A stretch of DNA of 64,000 bases from Tetramitus jugosus. Its lineage: Eukaryota; Protista; Heterolobosea. Every line of letters begins with the position of its first letter. Position 1 is the stretch's first letter. The translations under genes and the position numbers were made by a program. The DNA lies in NCBI GenBank assembly GCA_937625935.1, contig OW569381.1:372001-436000 (forward strand), given 5' to 3'. Under the pieces are notes generated by a model. It was given only the letters and a program-made list of their open reading frames with translations, was not told where the DNA came from and did no database searches. Below are positions 33,100 to 44,886 of this stretch, piece by piece.

Positions 33100-34560
33100 G
33101 ATTTTTGAATCTAGTTAAAGTTTTACTTGAAAATTTCGTAATTCGAGTTTCCTCCCTAGAATATGTACCTGCAAACCTATGCTGAAAAGATAGAGAATGA
33201 CAAACAAGAATGATTGTAGTTGACTAAAAGGATAAGGATTGTGATGACGCACGAGACAGGAAACAATCCCGTCTGATTGCTAGCTACTGTTCCATGACGT
33301 TCATATCTTGAACTACCTTTCTCGTTTGTTTCTTCAACTTGTGTTTCAATTTGTTTGTTTCATTGACTTTCCCTCATTTCATTCAAACTACATGAGCTTG
33401 TTTCGTTCTCCTTTGAACTTGATTCCTTCATCCCTGAAAAGATTGTATATTTCTTAGATTGATCGTTCTCCATCATTCAATTTCAACAATGTTTCGTAGT
33501 TGTACTCCCAACTAAAACTTTGTACCATATCCGATAAGAATAGCACGAACTAAATTCGAAGCATGCGAGTAGCCACACATTGAAAGACCAGTTCCTGGAG
33601 TAATTCTCCCTTGTCTGTGATGTCTTTCCTCAGGTGGTTGTTCAGCGCAATGAGAGGTGCGTCTATTCTGTCCTTGAGATACATTGTGAAGTATCTTGGT
33701 AGAGATACCTTCATCAATGGAGAATCTTTCTGGTAGTTTTCAAGAAGATACTAGCTCCATTATGGGATAGGCGAAGCTTGACTCTTGATGACGATCTTGA
33801 GTTCCATATCCAAGGGTACACCTAAATTTGCGACCAGAAGTAATTTAGATACCAATGAATTCATCCACTCACGATGCGTGTATGGAGGATTGGTTGTTGG
33901 TTGTTGAGTGCCAGGAGGAGTCATGTTGTGTAATTGTGATGGCGCATAGTCCCGGGGGTTTGATAGTGGGTGGGGCAGGTGAAGCCATTCCCATTTGAGA
34001 ATAATATTGAGAATACTGTTGCCAGAAAGCATAATTTTGTGCATCGTAGGCACCTCCACCAGTAGTAGTAGTGGGATAACTGGGATAGACTGCTGTTGGT
34101 ACCATTAGGTCAAGACCTATCTGTCGATTGTAACCTTCTTGTTCAAAAAATTGATCAAGGATGTCTTCCCATCGAATTTACATTCGTTTTCGAGCTTGAA
34201 CAGACCTAGTAAAGCAAGGGATACATTCCTAGCAATTCTTGGGATACCTGAGGAGTAAGAATCGCAATAGGTAAAAAAGTCGGTGACCACTGTGGCATCG
34301 TACCCACATAGGTATCGCAAGATATCGAACGATGGTGTACAAAAGTTTTCATGTTGGATACTCACCTCAGTTAATTTGAGGCTTGTCTGGACATGGTCAG
34401 GAGTCAACCCGGGTAAAGTAATAGAAAGATAATTTGTTGGTGAATGTCCGTCCATATTGGAACGGAACCCTTTCCAATCAATGTAAATAAAGAACTCCTT
34501 CCTGCAACTATTGTAAATATTCTATCGTATTCCATAGATACAGAAACATATTGGGAAGCC
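33100..34560 (-). pseudogene. Decayed ORF with many stops, possibly a Crinkler/RHS-type NTPase-nuclease, interrupted by an unrelated gene fragment
   Basis: Stop-interrupted protein-like frames (SSGIPR...; KGELLQELVFQCV); family call is weak. Confidence 0.3.
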
Positions 34561-34807
34561 GATCTTTTTCATGATGTCCTGTATAGATGAGATTTAGATA
34601 GAACTACTACAATGATTAATATCCTAGGATCTAGAGAATTAAGAATACCCTTTGAAAACTAATGTCCTTAAAAACCAAGTAATCTTTGTGTGCACCAACC
34701 TGTCCATTTATCTTAACGCACGGCAAGAAAATTTGGAGCCAAAATTTAGGTCCTGTTACGATACTTAGAAACAACATTCTTTGGCATCAACAACAAAAAC
34801 AGGCAGA

Positions 34808-36340
34808 ATGAAAAAACGCGAACGCTCAGAGCACCTAAAAAATACTGACGCAACAAGCAAACGAAAGAAAAGAAATGAAATTGAGGAGTGGAAAAATGAA
34901 ATGATTGACATTTGTTCAGAAGTTTGCAGAGACGTGTGGTCAGCAATCATTGAGTTTTGTGCCACTCCTGAATGGTTGCAATTGAGTTACACTTGCAAAG
35001 GAATCAATCAATTCAAATTCAATCGATTGCTCATGTCCAACAAGGTGAGAACACTAAAACAAAATTTGAAAGAAGATGAGATTGAACGCCTGTTTCGATT
35101 GGGAAAAGGAACACTGTTCAATGTTCACTTGAACAAGAATATTAATGTGACGATTGGTCATTTTCGACTGTTGGAAGGAATTCACACACTCAATATAAGT
35201 CATTGTTTTCAAATATCTGGCTGCGCTCTCTGTCACTTGACTGGTATTCACAAGCTTGATATGAGTCATTGCGAGAGAATTACAGACGGAGCATTCTCTC
35301 ATTTAGCTGGTATTCATACACTCAATATGAGTCATTGCGAGAGAATTACGGACAATGCATTTTCTCATTTAACTGGCATTCACACACTCGATATGAGTTA
35401 TTGCAAGCAAATCACAGATAATGCACTTTCTCATTTGGCTGGTGTTCACACACTTAACATAAGTCATTGCGAGAGAATTACAGACGAAGTATTTCCACAT
35501 TTAGCTGGTATTCACACACTCAATATCAGTGGTTGCAATCAAATCACAGACAATGTATTTCATCATTTGACTGGCATTCATACACTCAATATAAGTCAGT
35601 GTAACCAAGTTACAAACAAAGCATTCCCATATTTGACTGGGATTCACACACTCGCTATGAGTTGTTGCAATCAAATCACAGACGACATTTTTCCTTATTT
35701 GGCTGGTATTCACAGACTTGACATAAGTCATTGCGAGAGAATTACAGACAAAGCATTTTCACATTTAGCTGGTATTCACACACTCAATATCAGTGGTTGT
35801 GAGCAAATCACAGACAATGTATTTCATCATTTGACTGGCATTCACACACTCAATATAAGTCATTGTAACCAAATTACAGACAAAGCATTTCCGCATTTGG
35901 TTGGTATTCACACACTCAGCATGAATTGTTGCAGGCAAGTCACAGATAGTGCATTTTCGCATTTGATTGGTATCCACACCCTGTCCATGAATAGCTGCAA
36001 TCAAATCACAGATAAGGCATTCCCATACTTGACTGGTATTCACACACTCAATATGAGTTGTTGCAACCAAATCACTGATAGTGCATTTGCTCATTTGGTT
36101 GGCATTCACACGCTCAACATGATTCATTGCAAGCAAATCACAGACAATGCGTTTTATCATTTGGCTGGCATTCACACACTCAATATGAGTTTTTGCAAGA
36201 AAATAACAGATCAAACCCTCTCTCATTTGGCTGGCATTCATACACTTGATATGAATGGGTGCTATCAAGATTCAAGCACAGAGAAGTCGCTAGTTTATTT
36301 GAAGGGTATCCACACACTCGCTCATGGCTATGCCTACTAG
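34808..36340 (+). CDS. F-box-like plus 22-aa leucine-rich-repeat protein
   Basis: NLS-like N-terminus; F-box-like VCRDVWSAIIEFC..WLQLSYTCK; 18 units of LxGIHTLx(M/I)SxCxxITDxAFxH. Confidence 0.88.
   Translation: MKKRERSEHLKNTDATSKRKKRNEIEEWKNEMIDICSEVCRDVWSAIIEFCATPEWLQLSYTCKGINQFKFNRLLMSNKVRTLKQNLKEDEIERLFRLGKGTLFNVHLNKNINVTIGHFRLLEGIHTLNISHCFQISGCALCHLTGIHKLDMSHCERITDGAFSHLAGIHTLNMSHCERITDNAFSHLTGIHTLDMSYCKQITDNALSHLAGVHTLNISHCERITDEVFPHLAGIHTLNISGCNQITDNVFHHLTGIHTLNISQCNQVTNKAFPYLTGIHTLAMSCCNQITDDIFPYLAGIHRLDISHCERITDKAFSHLAGIHTLNISGCEQITDNVFHHLTGIHTLNISHCNQITDKAFPHLVGIHTLSMNCCRQVTDSAFSHLIGIHTLSMNSCNQITDKAFPYLTGIHTLNMSCCNQITDSAFAHLVGIHTLNMIHCKQITDNAFYHLAGIHTLNMSFCKKITDQTLSHLAGIHTLDMNGCYQDSSTEKSLVYLKGIHTLAHGYAY
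35171..36320 (+). repeat. 66-bp coding tandem repeat array (18 units) with a 264-bp higher-order duplication
   Basis: GGTATTCACACACTC core every 66 bp; about 35457-35625 is near-identical to 35721-35890. Confidence 0.9.
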
Positions 36341-37045
36341 TCTACGAACATATCTCGAATCACGATCCATCCAGGATAGAATTGTGAATGATTTACCCCA
36401 CCTCAATCTCAAGATAGTCCCGCACAGCGCACTCTAGCTCTGATGCAACTGCGAGCACACCAGTGAGATTGATCGATCCTGTGAACAAAGGTTGAAAGAA
36501 TACACCTTGTGTGTTTATCAGTTTTCATAGGTATCATGACTGGTCTCTGTGTCAAGTTCACTGAACAAGCTTCTGGGATGACTTGATCACAATACATCGG
36601 CAAGTTCACAGACTGATTTAAAGAGTCTAAGTCGTTTACTTCTCTTGTAGATCTGCAGCGCATTGAGATCACCGATGTTTCACTTATGTTCCCAGGTTCT
36701 TTCTTCCACATACTGTATCTCACTCCGCATTGGATTCCACTGAAGCAAGAGTATGAGTTTCAAGAACCCAATCAACAACTGCAGTCCAAACACCTGGCAA
36801 CAATGACATGTCTTCAGCTGCTGAGGATGAATACACTCTTGTCAAGATGTCTCTTTGCGTTGGGCTTAACAGTTTTCACAGAAACCAAACGTCAAACCTG
36901 GTTTAGTGTGTGACCGATCTTGCGCAGGCACCGCGTTAACTATACCACTAGATTTTTGTAATTAAATACAACAATAATAAAACATTCGTTACTCACACCA
37001 TACAAAAAACACTAATCTCAGACCGAGCTTTCTGTCGCTTGACCA

Positions 37046-37345
37046 TGACCGGTATTCACAAGCTTGATATGAGTCATTGCAAGACACAGACAAAGCACTC
37101 CCATATTTGCTGGTATTCACACATTCAATATGAGCTGTAGTGAGAGAATTACAGATAATGGACTCACTCATTTGGTCGGTATTCACAAATTCTTTGTGAG
37201 TAGGTGCGAGCAAATCACAGGCATTTTCTCATTTGACTGGCATTCGCTCACTCACTATGAATCATTGCAGAAAGATTACAGACAAGGCATTTCCTCATTT
37301 CCTCCACTATTCACTTACACTATCCAAGCGGTATTCACGAATGTT
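37046..37345 (+). pseudogene. Frameshifted cassette of about 4-5 units of the same 66-bp LRR repeat
   Basis: TGACCGGTATTCACAAGCTTGATATGAGTCATTGC at 37046 matches 35238 with one mismatch; later units carry indels. Confidence 0.8.
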
Positions 37346-37664
37346 GATGTTTCAACTCAAGTATGCTCGTGGGAGCCGGAGTTTCGAAAGTGTTTGACTC
37401 CTAGTTCGTTTGTGATGTTTGAATGAAGTCGAAGTTGGACTTGTAAATTTCATGGCTCAAGTCTAATTTCTTCCAAGATGATCTTTGTTTCAAGATAATT
37501 GTTCAGTTCCTATAGGGACTATCTCATCTGATTGGAATTCCCCATAACGAAAATAAGAAGTACTTGTGTTGATGTTGCACAAGAGAAGAGCAATAGTTTT
37601 TGGTGATAGAAGAGATGATCATTGACTGTTTCAATATCCCGACTGTTTTGTAAGTAAAAACTCC

Positions 37665-38930
37665 TCATAAAAGTTGTTTTATTCCTTCTAAATCACCCAT
37701 GGAAAAGAAATATCGCAGTACATCGAATGCCCGAGTAGCATATTGCTTCCTATCCTCGACCTGGCCTAAAACAGAAAACAGTTTTGCGAGCATTAAGTAA
37801 TGGACACCCAGTAGCGGTAGTAACGAGGGATAGTATCTCTCGAAGCAAGGTGTAAGTTGTCGACCAAACTTCAGTGCAAGATCAAACTCCGCATTTTGAA
37901 TGTAGTTGTGACACAACTTTGAGCACGTATTGACTAATCGCTCATGCATTGGACCGTATATTCTTTGATACAAATCATAAGCTCTCTTGAGACATTGTGT
38001 TTCTTCTATCGTGCTATCGCTGCATGATGATCTATCAAAATACGAATCAGCTTGTTGCTCGTCAGATTCGGTGTATGTATCCAATAAACGCTCTGTTAAC
38101 GGTGCATCGCTCTCTGTATCTATGCATCGAATGCAGTCACATAAAAAGCTATATCTCTCTTTCAGTAGCTTCCTTCTGCTATTTGTGCTTTGTGCTAGTT
38201 CTATGTAAGTAATTGTTAGCTCCTCATGTTGTCTCAATGGACGTAATGAGACAGTCTTGGCACGTATCCCTTCGAAGAAGATTGCTGTGTTGGGCTGACA
38301 ACTATGGTTCATCTTGGAAACAATAGGATACAAACCAACCCCAACACTGTTCATATCACTATGACAAATTCCAATGTTGTTCGCCCGAAACTGGCACAAC
38401 AAGTGATAAATATCATCTACATCCAGACTAAAGTTGGGTATCTTGTCTTGGATCAGTGATATCAATCGATATATCAATACACTTAGATTGCGTAAATTGG
38501 TCACATCAATATGTTCAGAGGGAGTCCATGCCACAAAAGATCTCATCATTTCTCTCACATCCGATCCACCATTATGACAAAGAATGATTAAGCGAGTTGC
38601 TAGACGAATAGACCTCGTGTAGTTTGAAATATCAACTTTCATTCTATTGGATAACCTCTGCAATACCAAACATTCCAGTCGATGAATGGGAACATCATTC
38701 TTGAAACATTGGGGTGAACAATATCGACAAAACTTGCATGACGAGCATGAAAACTTCTTGTTCAGCACACCGAGGCAAAAATGACAATGAGTACTGCTCA
38801 TGCCATCATCAATCGTGTAAACAATCGGATCAATGAACGATTGAGAGATCAAATGTCCAGCATTGATTGCATCATTCGTGATGATTCCTTCGCCTTTGTT
38901 CGCAATAGGCACCACAGACAATCCCTTCAT
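37665..38930 (-). CDS. SMYD-family SET/MYND lysine methyltransferase
   Basis: KGEGII; MYND CHFC..CSSC..YCSPQC..HRLEC; SKMNHSCQPN; ELTITYI; post-SET FLCDCIRC; TPR-like tail. Confidence 0.92.
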   Translation of the reverse strand: MKGLSVVPIANKGEGIITNDAINAGHLISQSFIDPIVYTIDDGMSSTHCHFCLGVLNKKFSCSSCKFCRYCSPQCFKNDVPIHRLECLVLQRLSNRMKVDISNYTRSIRLATRLIILCHNGGSDVREMMRSFVAWTPSEHIDVTNLRNLSVLIYRLISLIQDKIPNFSLDVDDIYHLLCQFRANNIGICHSDMNSVGVGLYPIVSKMNHSCQPNTAIFFEGIRAKTVSLRPLRQHEELTITYIELAQSTNSRRKLLKERYSFLCDCIRCIDTESDAPLTERLLDTYTESDEQQADSYFDRSSCSDSTIEETQCLKRAYDLYQRIYGPMHERLVNTCSKLCHNYIQNAEFDLALKFGRQLTPCFERYYPSLLPLLGVHYLMLAKLFSVLGQVEDRKQYATRAFDVLRYFFSMGDLEGIKQLL

Positions 38931-39134
38931 TTCTTTTTTTTGCTGGCACCCTAGAACGAGATTGACGCTCGTTCAATATTTACAAAACTTACAACATGGA
39001 CTGCTTTGTATCCTCGTTTGATCTCAACCAATAGGTCACAACAAACAACAAATCACAACAATCAAAACAACAAGAACAACAACACAAAAGAACAATAAAA
39101 TACGCAGTAGTAGCAAACAACAAAAAACACAAGT

Positions 39135-39515
39135 TTAATGTCCTCTTCCTCTGCCTCTTCCACGACCGCGGCCTCCACCACCACCACGACCTCCTCCTCG
39201 GCCACCTCCCCGTCCACCAGCCTTAATCGGCTTTCTTTCCTTGTTCTTTGGTTTAGGCCTAATCGTCGTGTCCTGCAACAAATTGTCTAGATTCAACGAG
39301 TCAGGCAGGATAACATATCGTATATTGTTGCCACGTATGGACATGTGCTCTAGAGCAATCGGATTTCTGTTCTTTAACGTCATTTTGACCGTTTTTAGAT
39401 GAGTGTTCATGGAAAGATCCACACCAGTGATCGTACCCGAGACAACAGTGCCATTCTTCAGTTCAATTGTTACAGTTTCATTGCTTAGTTTCATCAAAAA
39501 TCGTACAAGTATCAT
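39135..39515 (-). CDS. SNRPD1: Small nuclear ribonucleoprotein Sm D1
   Basis: [23 protein letters not shown]...[18 protein letters not shown]; RG-repeat tail. Confidence 0.97.
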   Translation of the reverse strand: MILVRFLMKLSNETVTIELKNGTVVSGTITGVDLSMNTHLKTVKMTLKNRNPIALEHMSIRGNNIRYVILPDSLNLDNLLQDTTIRPKPKNKERKPIKAGGRGGGRGGGRGGGGGRGRGRGRGRGH

Positions 39516-40122
39516 TTTTTTGTTGTTATATAGAGTTGTTTTGATTGTGTGTTGGTTTGTTGGTTGAGAGATATATAATATGATATGTGATCTTAGTGTT
39601 GTTGTTGTTATTGTTGGGAAGATAAAGCGATTGTGAGATCGGTAGTCGTCTTGCTGCAAAGCTTGCTTCTTCTATCTATGTTGGCGCTTTTTTTTTCTCT
39701 TGATGGTGAAACTTCCACGAATTGATTGAACGGGAAAAATCTGGAATACAACAACCACGAGAAGGACAACAATTGAACTTCTCACAAGTTCATCTTAAAG
39801 ATATAAGTGTATGCTGTTAATTCTACCACGATGAGATCTATCGTGCAGACTCTTTCAGGTTGTTGAGCGACACAACTAATTATACCCATTTCGGCAACCA
39901 AACAATGAACCAATTTCTCATAAATCTTGTGGTGCTTAATTCAACAGTCAAACACTGCTTCTAAGGCCTTATTTCATGGGTTTTCTTTTTTCTTGCTAAT
40001 AGCCCGACTGAAGGTTCAATGTGCTCTCCCAATTGGTTGACTTTCTTACAAAAATTTGTCGCAAAAACAAACACAGACGGCGCAAGCATTTGAATTTTTT
40101 CTCCACAACATATCAATTGAAC

Positions 40123-40947
40123 ATGAAGGCAGTGTTTACCAAAGTGAACCCAAGACAAGCTTTGATTCTTGGTGCATTGGGTGGATTGGGTGTTGCTACC
40201 TATTCCATGAAGCAAAACAATTTGTCAGCTGATAACCCAGCTGCAGTTCCATACCCACATCCATGGTCACACAAGGGTCCATTCGACTCTTATGATGCTG
40301 CTAGCATTCGTCGTGGTTACAAGGTGTACAAGGATGTTTGCTCTGCATGTCATGGTATGTCTGAAATCGCCTTCCGTAACTTGGAAATTGCTTTCACTCC
40401 AAATGAGATCAAGTACTTGGCCTCTCAAGTCGACGTTGACGCTGACCCTGATTCCCAGGGTGAAATTCACAAGAGATCTGCCAAATCCTTTGACTACTTC
40501 CCAAGTCCATACAAGAATGAACAACAAGCTCGTGCTTCCAACGACGGAGCTCTTCCACCAGATCTATCTATCATTGTTAGAGCCAGACAAGGCAATGAGG
40601 ACTATGTGTTCTCTCTGTTGACTGGTTATGACAGCCCACCACCAGGTGTTTCCATTAGAGAGGGTTTGTACTTCAATGCTTACTTCCCAGGTGGTGCTAT
40701 TGGTATGGCACCTCCTCTGTCTGATGGATCCGTTGATTATGACGATGGAACCCCTGGTACATTGTCCCAATACGCAAAGGACGTCACCACCTTTTTGACA
40801 TACTGTGCAAGACCAGAAGAAGAAGACAGAAAGAAGTTTGGTGCCAAGGCCATTACCGGTCTTGCCATCATGACTGTATTTTTGTATTACAACAAGAGAT
40901 TCAAGTGGAACGTGATTAAGAACCGTCGTATTGAGTTTAGAGATTAA
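40123..40947 (+). CDS. CYC1: Cytochrome c1, mitochondrial complex III
   Basis: PWSHKG, SIRRGYKVY, CSACH heme motif, PPDLS, YFPGGAIGMAPPL, C-terminal TM anchor; ATG at 40123. Confidence 0.97.
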   Translation: MKAVFTKVNPRQALILGALGGLGVATYSMKQNNLSADNPAAVPYPHPWSHKGPFDSYDAASIRRGYKVYKDVCSACHGMSEIAFRNLEIAFTPNEIKYLASQVDVDADPDSQGEIHKRSAKSFDYFPSPYKNEQQARASNDGALPPDLSIIVRARQGNEDYVFSLLTGYDSPPPGVSIREGLYFNAYFPGGAIGMAPPLSDGSVDYDDGTPGTLSQYAKDVTTFLTYCARPEEEDRKKFGAKAITGLAIMTVFLYYNKRFKWNVIKNRRIEFRD

Positions 40948-41227
40948 GCGCTTTCAAATACTGAATATTTTTGCCATCATGTATGGAGTCGCATGCGAGA
41001 GTCTATGTTGTTGTTGTATGATGATGATGACACAATATTTTGCGAATCGACGTCAATCTGCTGACTGCTATTATTGTTGTTGTTCTGTGGAATGACTCGC
41101 TCCTTTTCTCGATGACGAATATAATATTTTGAGAAGCACTCGAGACCAATTGAACCATTGTAGGGACCTTGTATGTGAATAAAGAATCAAAACAAAAATA
41201 AGTACGAATTTGGCATGTCAAAATTTA

Positions 41228-43000
41228 TTATTCGACCTGTGCAATCGATGTTCCGCTAATGATCTCCTGTTGTTGATGTTGCTCCTTCTTTTGTCGCTCG
41301 AACTCCAATCGCTTGTATTTGGAGTTGAAGAGGAATGTGGGGATGATGGCTGCCGTTAACAAACCGAGACAGATCCACAGTGAACTTTGCATGCTACCAT
41401 TCTTGACATCCTTCTCTACAAAATCCAAAACAATAACGCATAAGGCTGATACAAGTGTTGAGCAAGCATTCAGTATAGATGCAGAGATGCTTTCAGGCAC
41501 GGGGTACGTAGTCTCCACACTCAACTCAAGAGTCAGAGGCACAGTTGGGCAAGCGAAAATTCCCAAAAAGGCAATAGAAATACAACTGATAATCATACGG
41601 GTTGGTGTTCTGTGGTGCAACATGTTGATTGAGAACCATGCAAATGAGGCGCAGCCACCGACACCACTAATGCACAATAGAAGCTTGTATCTCTTGGTAT
41701 AATCTGCAATGAGTCCCATGACAACAGCACCAGTCATTCCACAGAACACAACAATCACACCAAACACACTACCATCCTTGACACTGTATCCCATTGGTAC
41801 AATAATCTGATCTAACATGACAGAGAAACTCTGTACGACAGCATAACCCACCGAGAATGAAATAATTAGGAAGATAAAATGAATATTCTTAATGACGATC
41901 CAAAAGTCCTTTGCAAATGAATTGGGCTCCAAGTGCACATTACTAGGGCCGATAGGAATCGTAATCTTTGATGGTACAATCTCGCTCGCTTCATTGCTGC
42001 TGCTACTACTGCTCAAATCATCCGAAATCTCTCCATTTGTTTTGATGATTGCTCTTTGTTCCTGATTCCACACCATGTCACCTTTTTGAGATGTAATACT
42101 ATCGGAGATGGACACCTCTGGATAATGCCCAATATGTTGAATGGCAGAGTTGGTACTGTGTTGAACACGGCGACGGCGATGACTGTGGTGATGGTGATGA
42201 CCCAGTGTAGGAGGCGTCGGAGGTCTCTCTCTAAACACCATAACGAACATGAGTAATGTAAATGCTGCCAAGGCTGCCTCACCGCCCAACAAAATGGCCA
42301 TTCCAGTCTCCGTTCCATCACCAACAACGGAAGGACCCACACCAAAAATGAAAGCACTACCCAAGATGCTCAAAAACGTAGCAATCGTCGTTGCGGTCGT
42401 TCTCTCCTTCTCACCAAACCAATTCGATGCAAGCATCGTTGTCGCATTTCCCACAAACGGTTGAGCAAGTGCCGTAATGCACTGACCACTGAAAACGATC
42501 CAGAAGAAGAGCTCTCGGCCTTTTTTGAAGCCGGCCAACCGTACACAACCACCGACAAAGTTAAACATGACAGCAATGAACACTGACGCCTTCAATCCAT
42601 ACTTTTTCATAACCATACTGCTGGCCAAACTCATTGGCACATAGGCAATCATGTAAGCTATGGCAAGAGAGTTCACTTTCCAACTGGAACTCTCTGGAAT
42701 CTTGTAATACTTTAACACGACTGTGCTCATACTAGCAAACGTCATTTGATAGACTGTACAAAGGAATTGAGCCAAAGCAAAAACAAACAACATGACCCAT
42801 CTTCTCCTGTACAAGATGATCTTTTTCTGATTGTTGGATGCAGGTGGTGATTCCTTGTTATTGTTACTCTCTCCATCTGCATCCAGCAGACCTGCATCAC
42901 CATCATCACCACCACCAAGTGAGTGATACTTCCGTTGATCAGTCAATGAAGAAAAGGGTGTGGATTCATTGGCTCCCACCACAGATTGGTAAGATGACAT
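41228..43000 (-). CDS. MFS transporter, FLVCR/SLC49-like
   Basis: LYRRRW, 12 TM, ASNWFGEKERTTAT, LELSVETTYPVPE, YKRL. Confidence 0.9.
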   Translation of the reverse strand: MSSYQSVVGANESTPFSSLTDQRKYHSLGGGDDGDAGLLDADGESNNNKESPPASNNQKKIILYRRRWVMLFVFALAQFLCTVYQMTFASMSTVVLKYYKIPESSSWKVNSLAIAYMIAYVPMSLASSMVMKKYGLKASVFIAVMFNFVGGCVRLAGFKKGRELFFWIVFSGQCITALAQPFVGNATTMLASNWFGEKERTTATTIATFLSILGSAFIFGVGPSVVGDGTETGMAILLGGEAALAAFTLLMFVMVFRERPPTPPTLGHHHHHSHRRRRVQHSTNSAIQHIGHYPEVSISDSITSQKGDMVWNQEQRAIIKTNGEISDDLSSSSSSNEASEIVPSKITIPIGPSNVHLEPNSFAKDFWIVIKNIHFIFLIISFSVGYAVVQSFSVMLDQIIVPMGYSVKDGSVFGVIVVFCGMTGAVVMGLIADYTKRYKLLLCISGVGGCASFAWFSINMLHHRTPTRMIISCISIAFLGIFACPTVPLTLELSVETTYPVPESISASILNACSTLVSALCVIVLDFVEKDVKNGSMQSSLWICLGLLTAAIIPTFLFNSKYKRLEFERQKKEQHQQQEIISGTSIAQVE

Positions 43001-43710
43001 GTGTATGAGTGAGTGATGAACCGGTTCTGAGTTGAGATTCGCCTCTACTTCAATATGATGTTATGATATATCAGATGTTGTTTTGTGTGTTGAGTTTTTG
43101 TTGTTCAGCTTTCTGTGTGCAAAAGTGTGGAGTCGACTCTTTCTAAAGGAACAAAAAATTGTGATGGATGATAATCAATGCAGTTAGGTTGTTTTGGAGA
43201 CAAGGGCGATTGGAATGCCCCGTTTCCAACGAGGGGAAATACGAATTCACTTAGGGAATTCCAACACAGATAACTCCGATTATTGTAATCCGGCATCTCC
43301 TTTCTACCTTCCTTGAATCGATTGCTGTGAGGTCAGCAGAAACTTTGTACATTCCAGGAAAGGATCTTTAACTTTGGATCTTTTGAACACCACAGCCAGT
43401 TCCACAATATAGATTCACCAACAGGTTTACCAGCGAAAACCAAACAAATTCTCGAGCCAAAGTGTTAAGCAACAGCAATAAGGAGTTCCGTGACATGTAA
43501 GTCATAACACGTATCAAGGTTCACACAGGATTCATCTCGAGAACACAACCAAGAATCCCAAAAAAAGCGCGAACCCGCGTTTCTCCCTTTTATCCCGATG
43601 TTCTTCTTTTTCCTTGGAAGCTCGATTCAAAGCCAAAAAATCTCAATCACCAACAGAGCAATCTCTCTCTGCTGCAACAATATTGATTTGTCTGTCTACA
43701 CACAACAACC

Positions 43711-44562
43711 ATGCCCACCAATTTCACTGGTATCAAATCGCTTGATGACTCTGAAGTGACCTATGTTGACGAAGAAGAGGAACAAGAGGCCAATCTGAGA
43801 CCATTTGCCTCTCATTCAACATCATCATCATCATCTGCAACTCCTACTACTACTACTATTACTAATAATAATAATAATTCTACTAATACGAATACTGCCA
43901 CTACACCTAGTATTGACCTCCTGTTGAAAAATAAAAAGAAAAAGAAGAAGCATGTTGGAAATAACAAGAATAGCTCATCGAGTCATAAATTGATGGATGA
44001 GAGAAAATTGATGAATGATTATGCAAATGAGTACATGAGTTCAGAGGAGGGTGGTGACGGAACAGCGAACGACTCGGAATATGATTTGAATGAGGAGGAC
44101 ATTGATTTGGATTCGTCGTATCATGGAACATTGGTTGATCGTTTTACGACACCTCTCAAACTGGTTCAAATTGGGTATTTGGTGATGATTGTCACGAGTA
44201 TTATTTTGTCCGTTTGTTTGATTGCTGTTGGATTTGCATTTTATATGATTTTGGTGGATGGATTGTTTCGGTTGATTGCATGCATTGTGGGACTGGGAGC
44301 TTCGATCCTATTCTTGTTGAGAATATCGGATTATGATAAGAAGCAGATGAGAAATGCGTTTAGATTGTTGATTGCGAGTTGTGTGATGCTAGTGTTGGAG
44401 TTTGGTGCGTTGATGGGCATTTTGATTTATGTCAAGGTGAAGCAGGTGAAGACGGATTTGCAAGGTGCCATGTGGAGCGCCTCCCTGTTTATTAATCTTT
44501 CAACGATACCTCTCGTGGCAATTGGTGCCGGTTACTGCTGGTTAATGAAAAGGAGATTGTAA
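43711..44562 (+). CDS. Four-TM membrane protein with an acidic, disordered N-terminus
   Basis: 283-aa ORF with four C-terminal hydrophobic helices; AATAAA after the stop. Confidence 0.75.
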   Translation: MPTNFTGIKSLDDSEVTYVDEEEEQEANLRPFASHSTSSSSSATPTTTTITNNNNNSTNTNTATTPSIDLLLKNKKKKKKHVGNNKNSSSSHKLMDERKLMNDYANEYMSSEEGGDGTANDSEYDLNEEDIDLDSSYHGTLVDRFTTPLKLVQIGYLVMIVTSIILSVCLIAVGFAFYMILVDGLFRLIACIVGLGASILFLLRISDYDKKQMRNAFRLLIASCVMLVLEFGALMGILIYVKVKQVKTDLQGAMWSASLFINLSTIPLVAIGAGYCWLMKRRL

Positions 44563-44886
44563 AAAATAAAGTTTTTGTTTCAGGACGTAGTACATTGGGA
44601 CACTACCTGATATTGCTTGAATTCCACAGAACTCTGCTGAACAAGTGTCATACTCGTCCTCATATTCATCATTGAACTAGAAGAGACCTACTCACCCAAA
44701 GGGACAATAGAATACACTCAAAATTGACATAACCACCGAATTGTGTTGTCTCACGTAAGTCAATGACGTCTCACCTTCGAACAATCTGCTTATGCATGTG
44801 GATAATGGAAAATGCATCTGTGAGAAGCACACTTCTTTCCATTTGGCTTCGTTTCGTTTTCAATCAGTTATTGTAAGTGAGTGTCC

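Noticed and set aside
35171-36320. Regularly spaced repeats resembling a CRISPR array
   Set aside because: The period is exactly 66 bp in frame, the intervening parts are homologous to each other, and the array encodes LRRs; no cas genes
36400-36940. Minus-strand ORF 36409-36723 as a gene
   Set aside because: No ATG start, frequent stops in the flanking frame and no motif; at most decayed coding DNA
40321-40356. Euglenozoan-type single-cysteine heme attachment in cytochrome c1
   Set aside because: The motif is canonical CSACH
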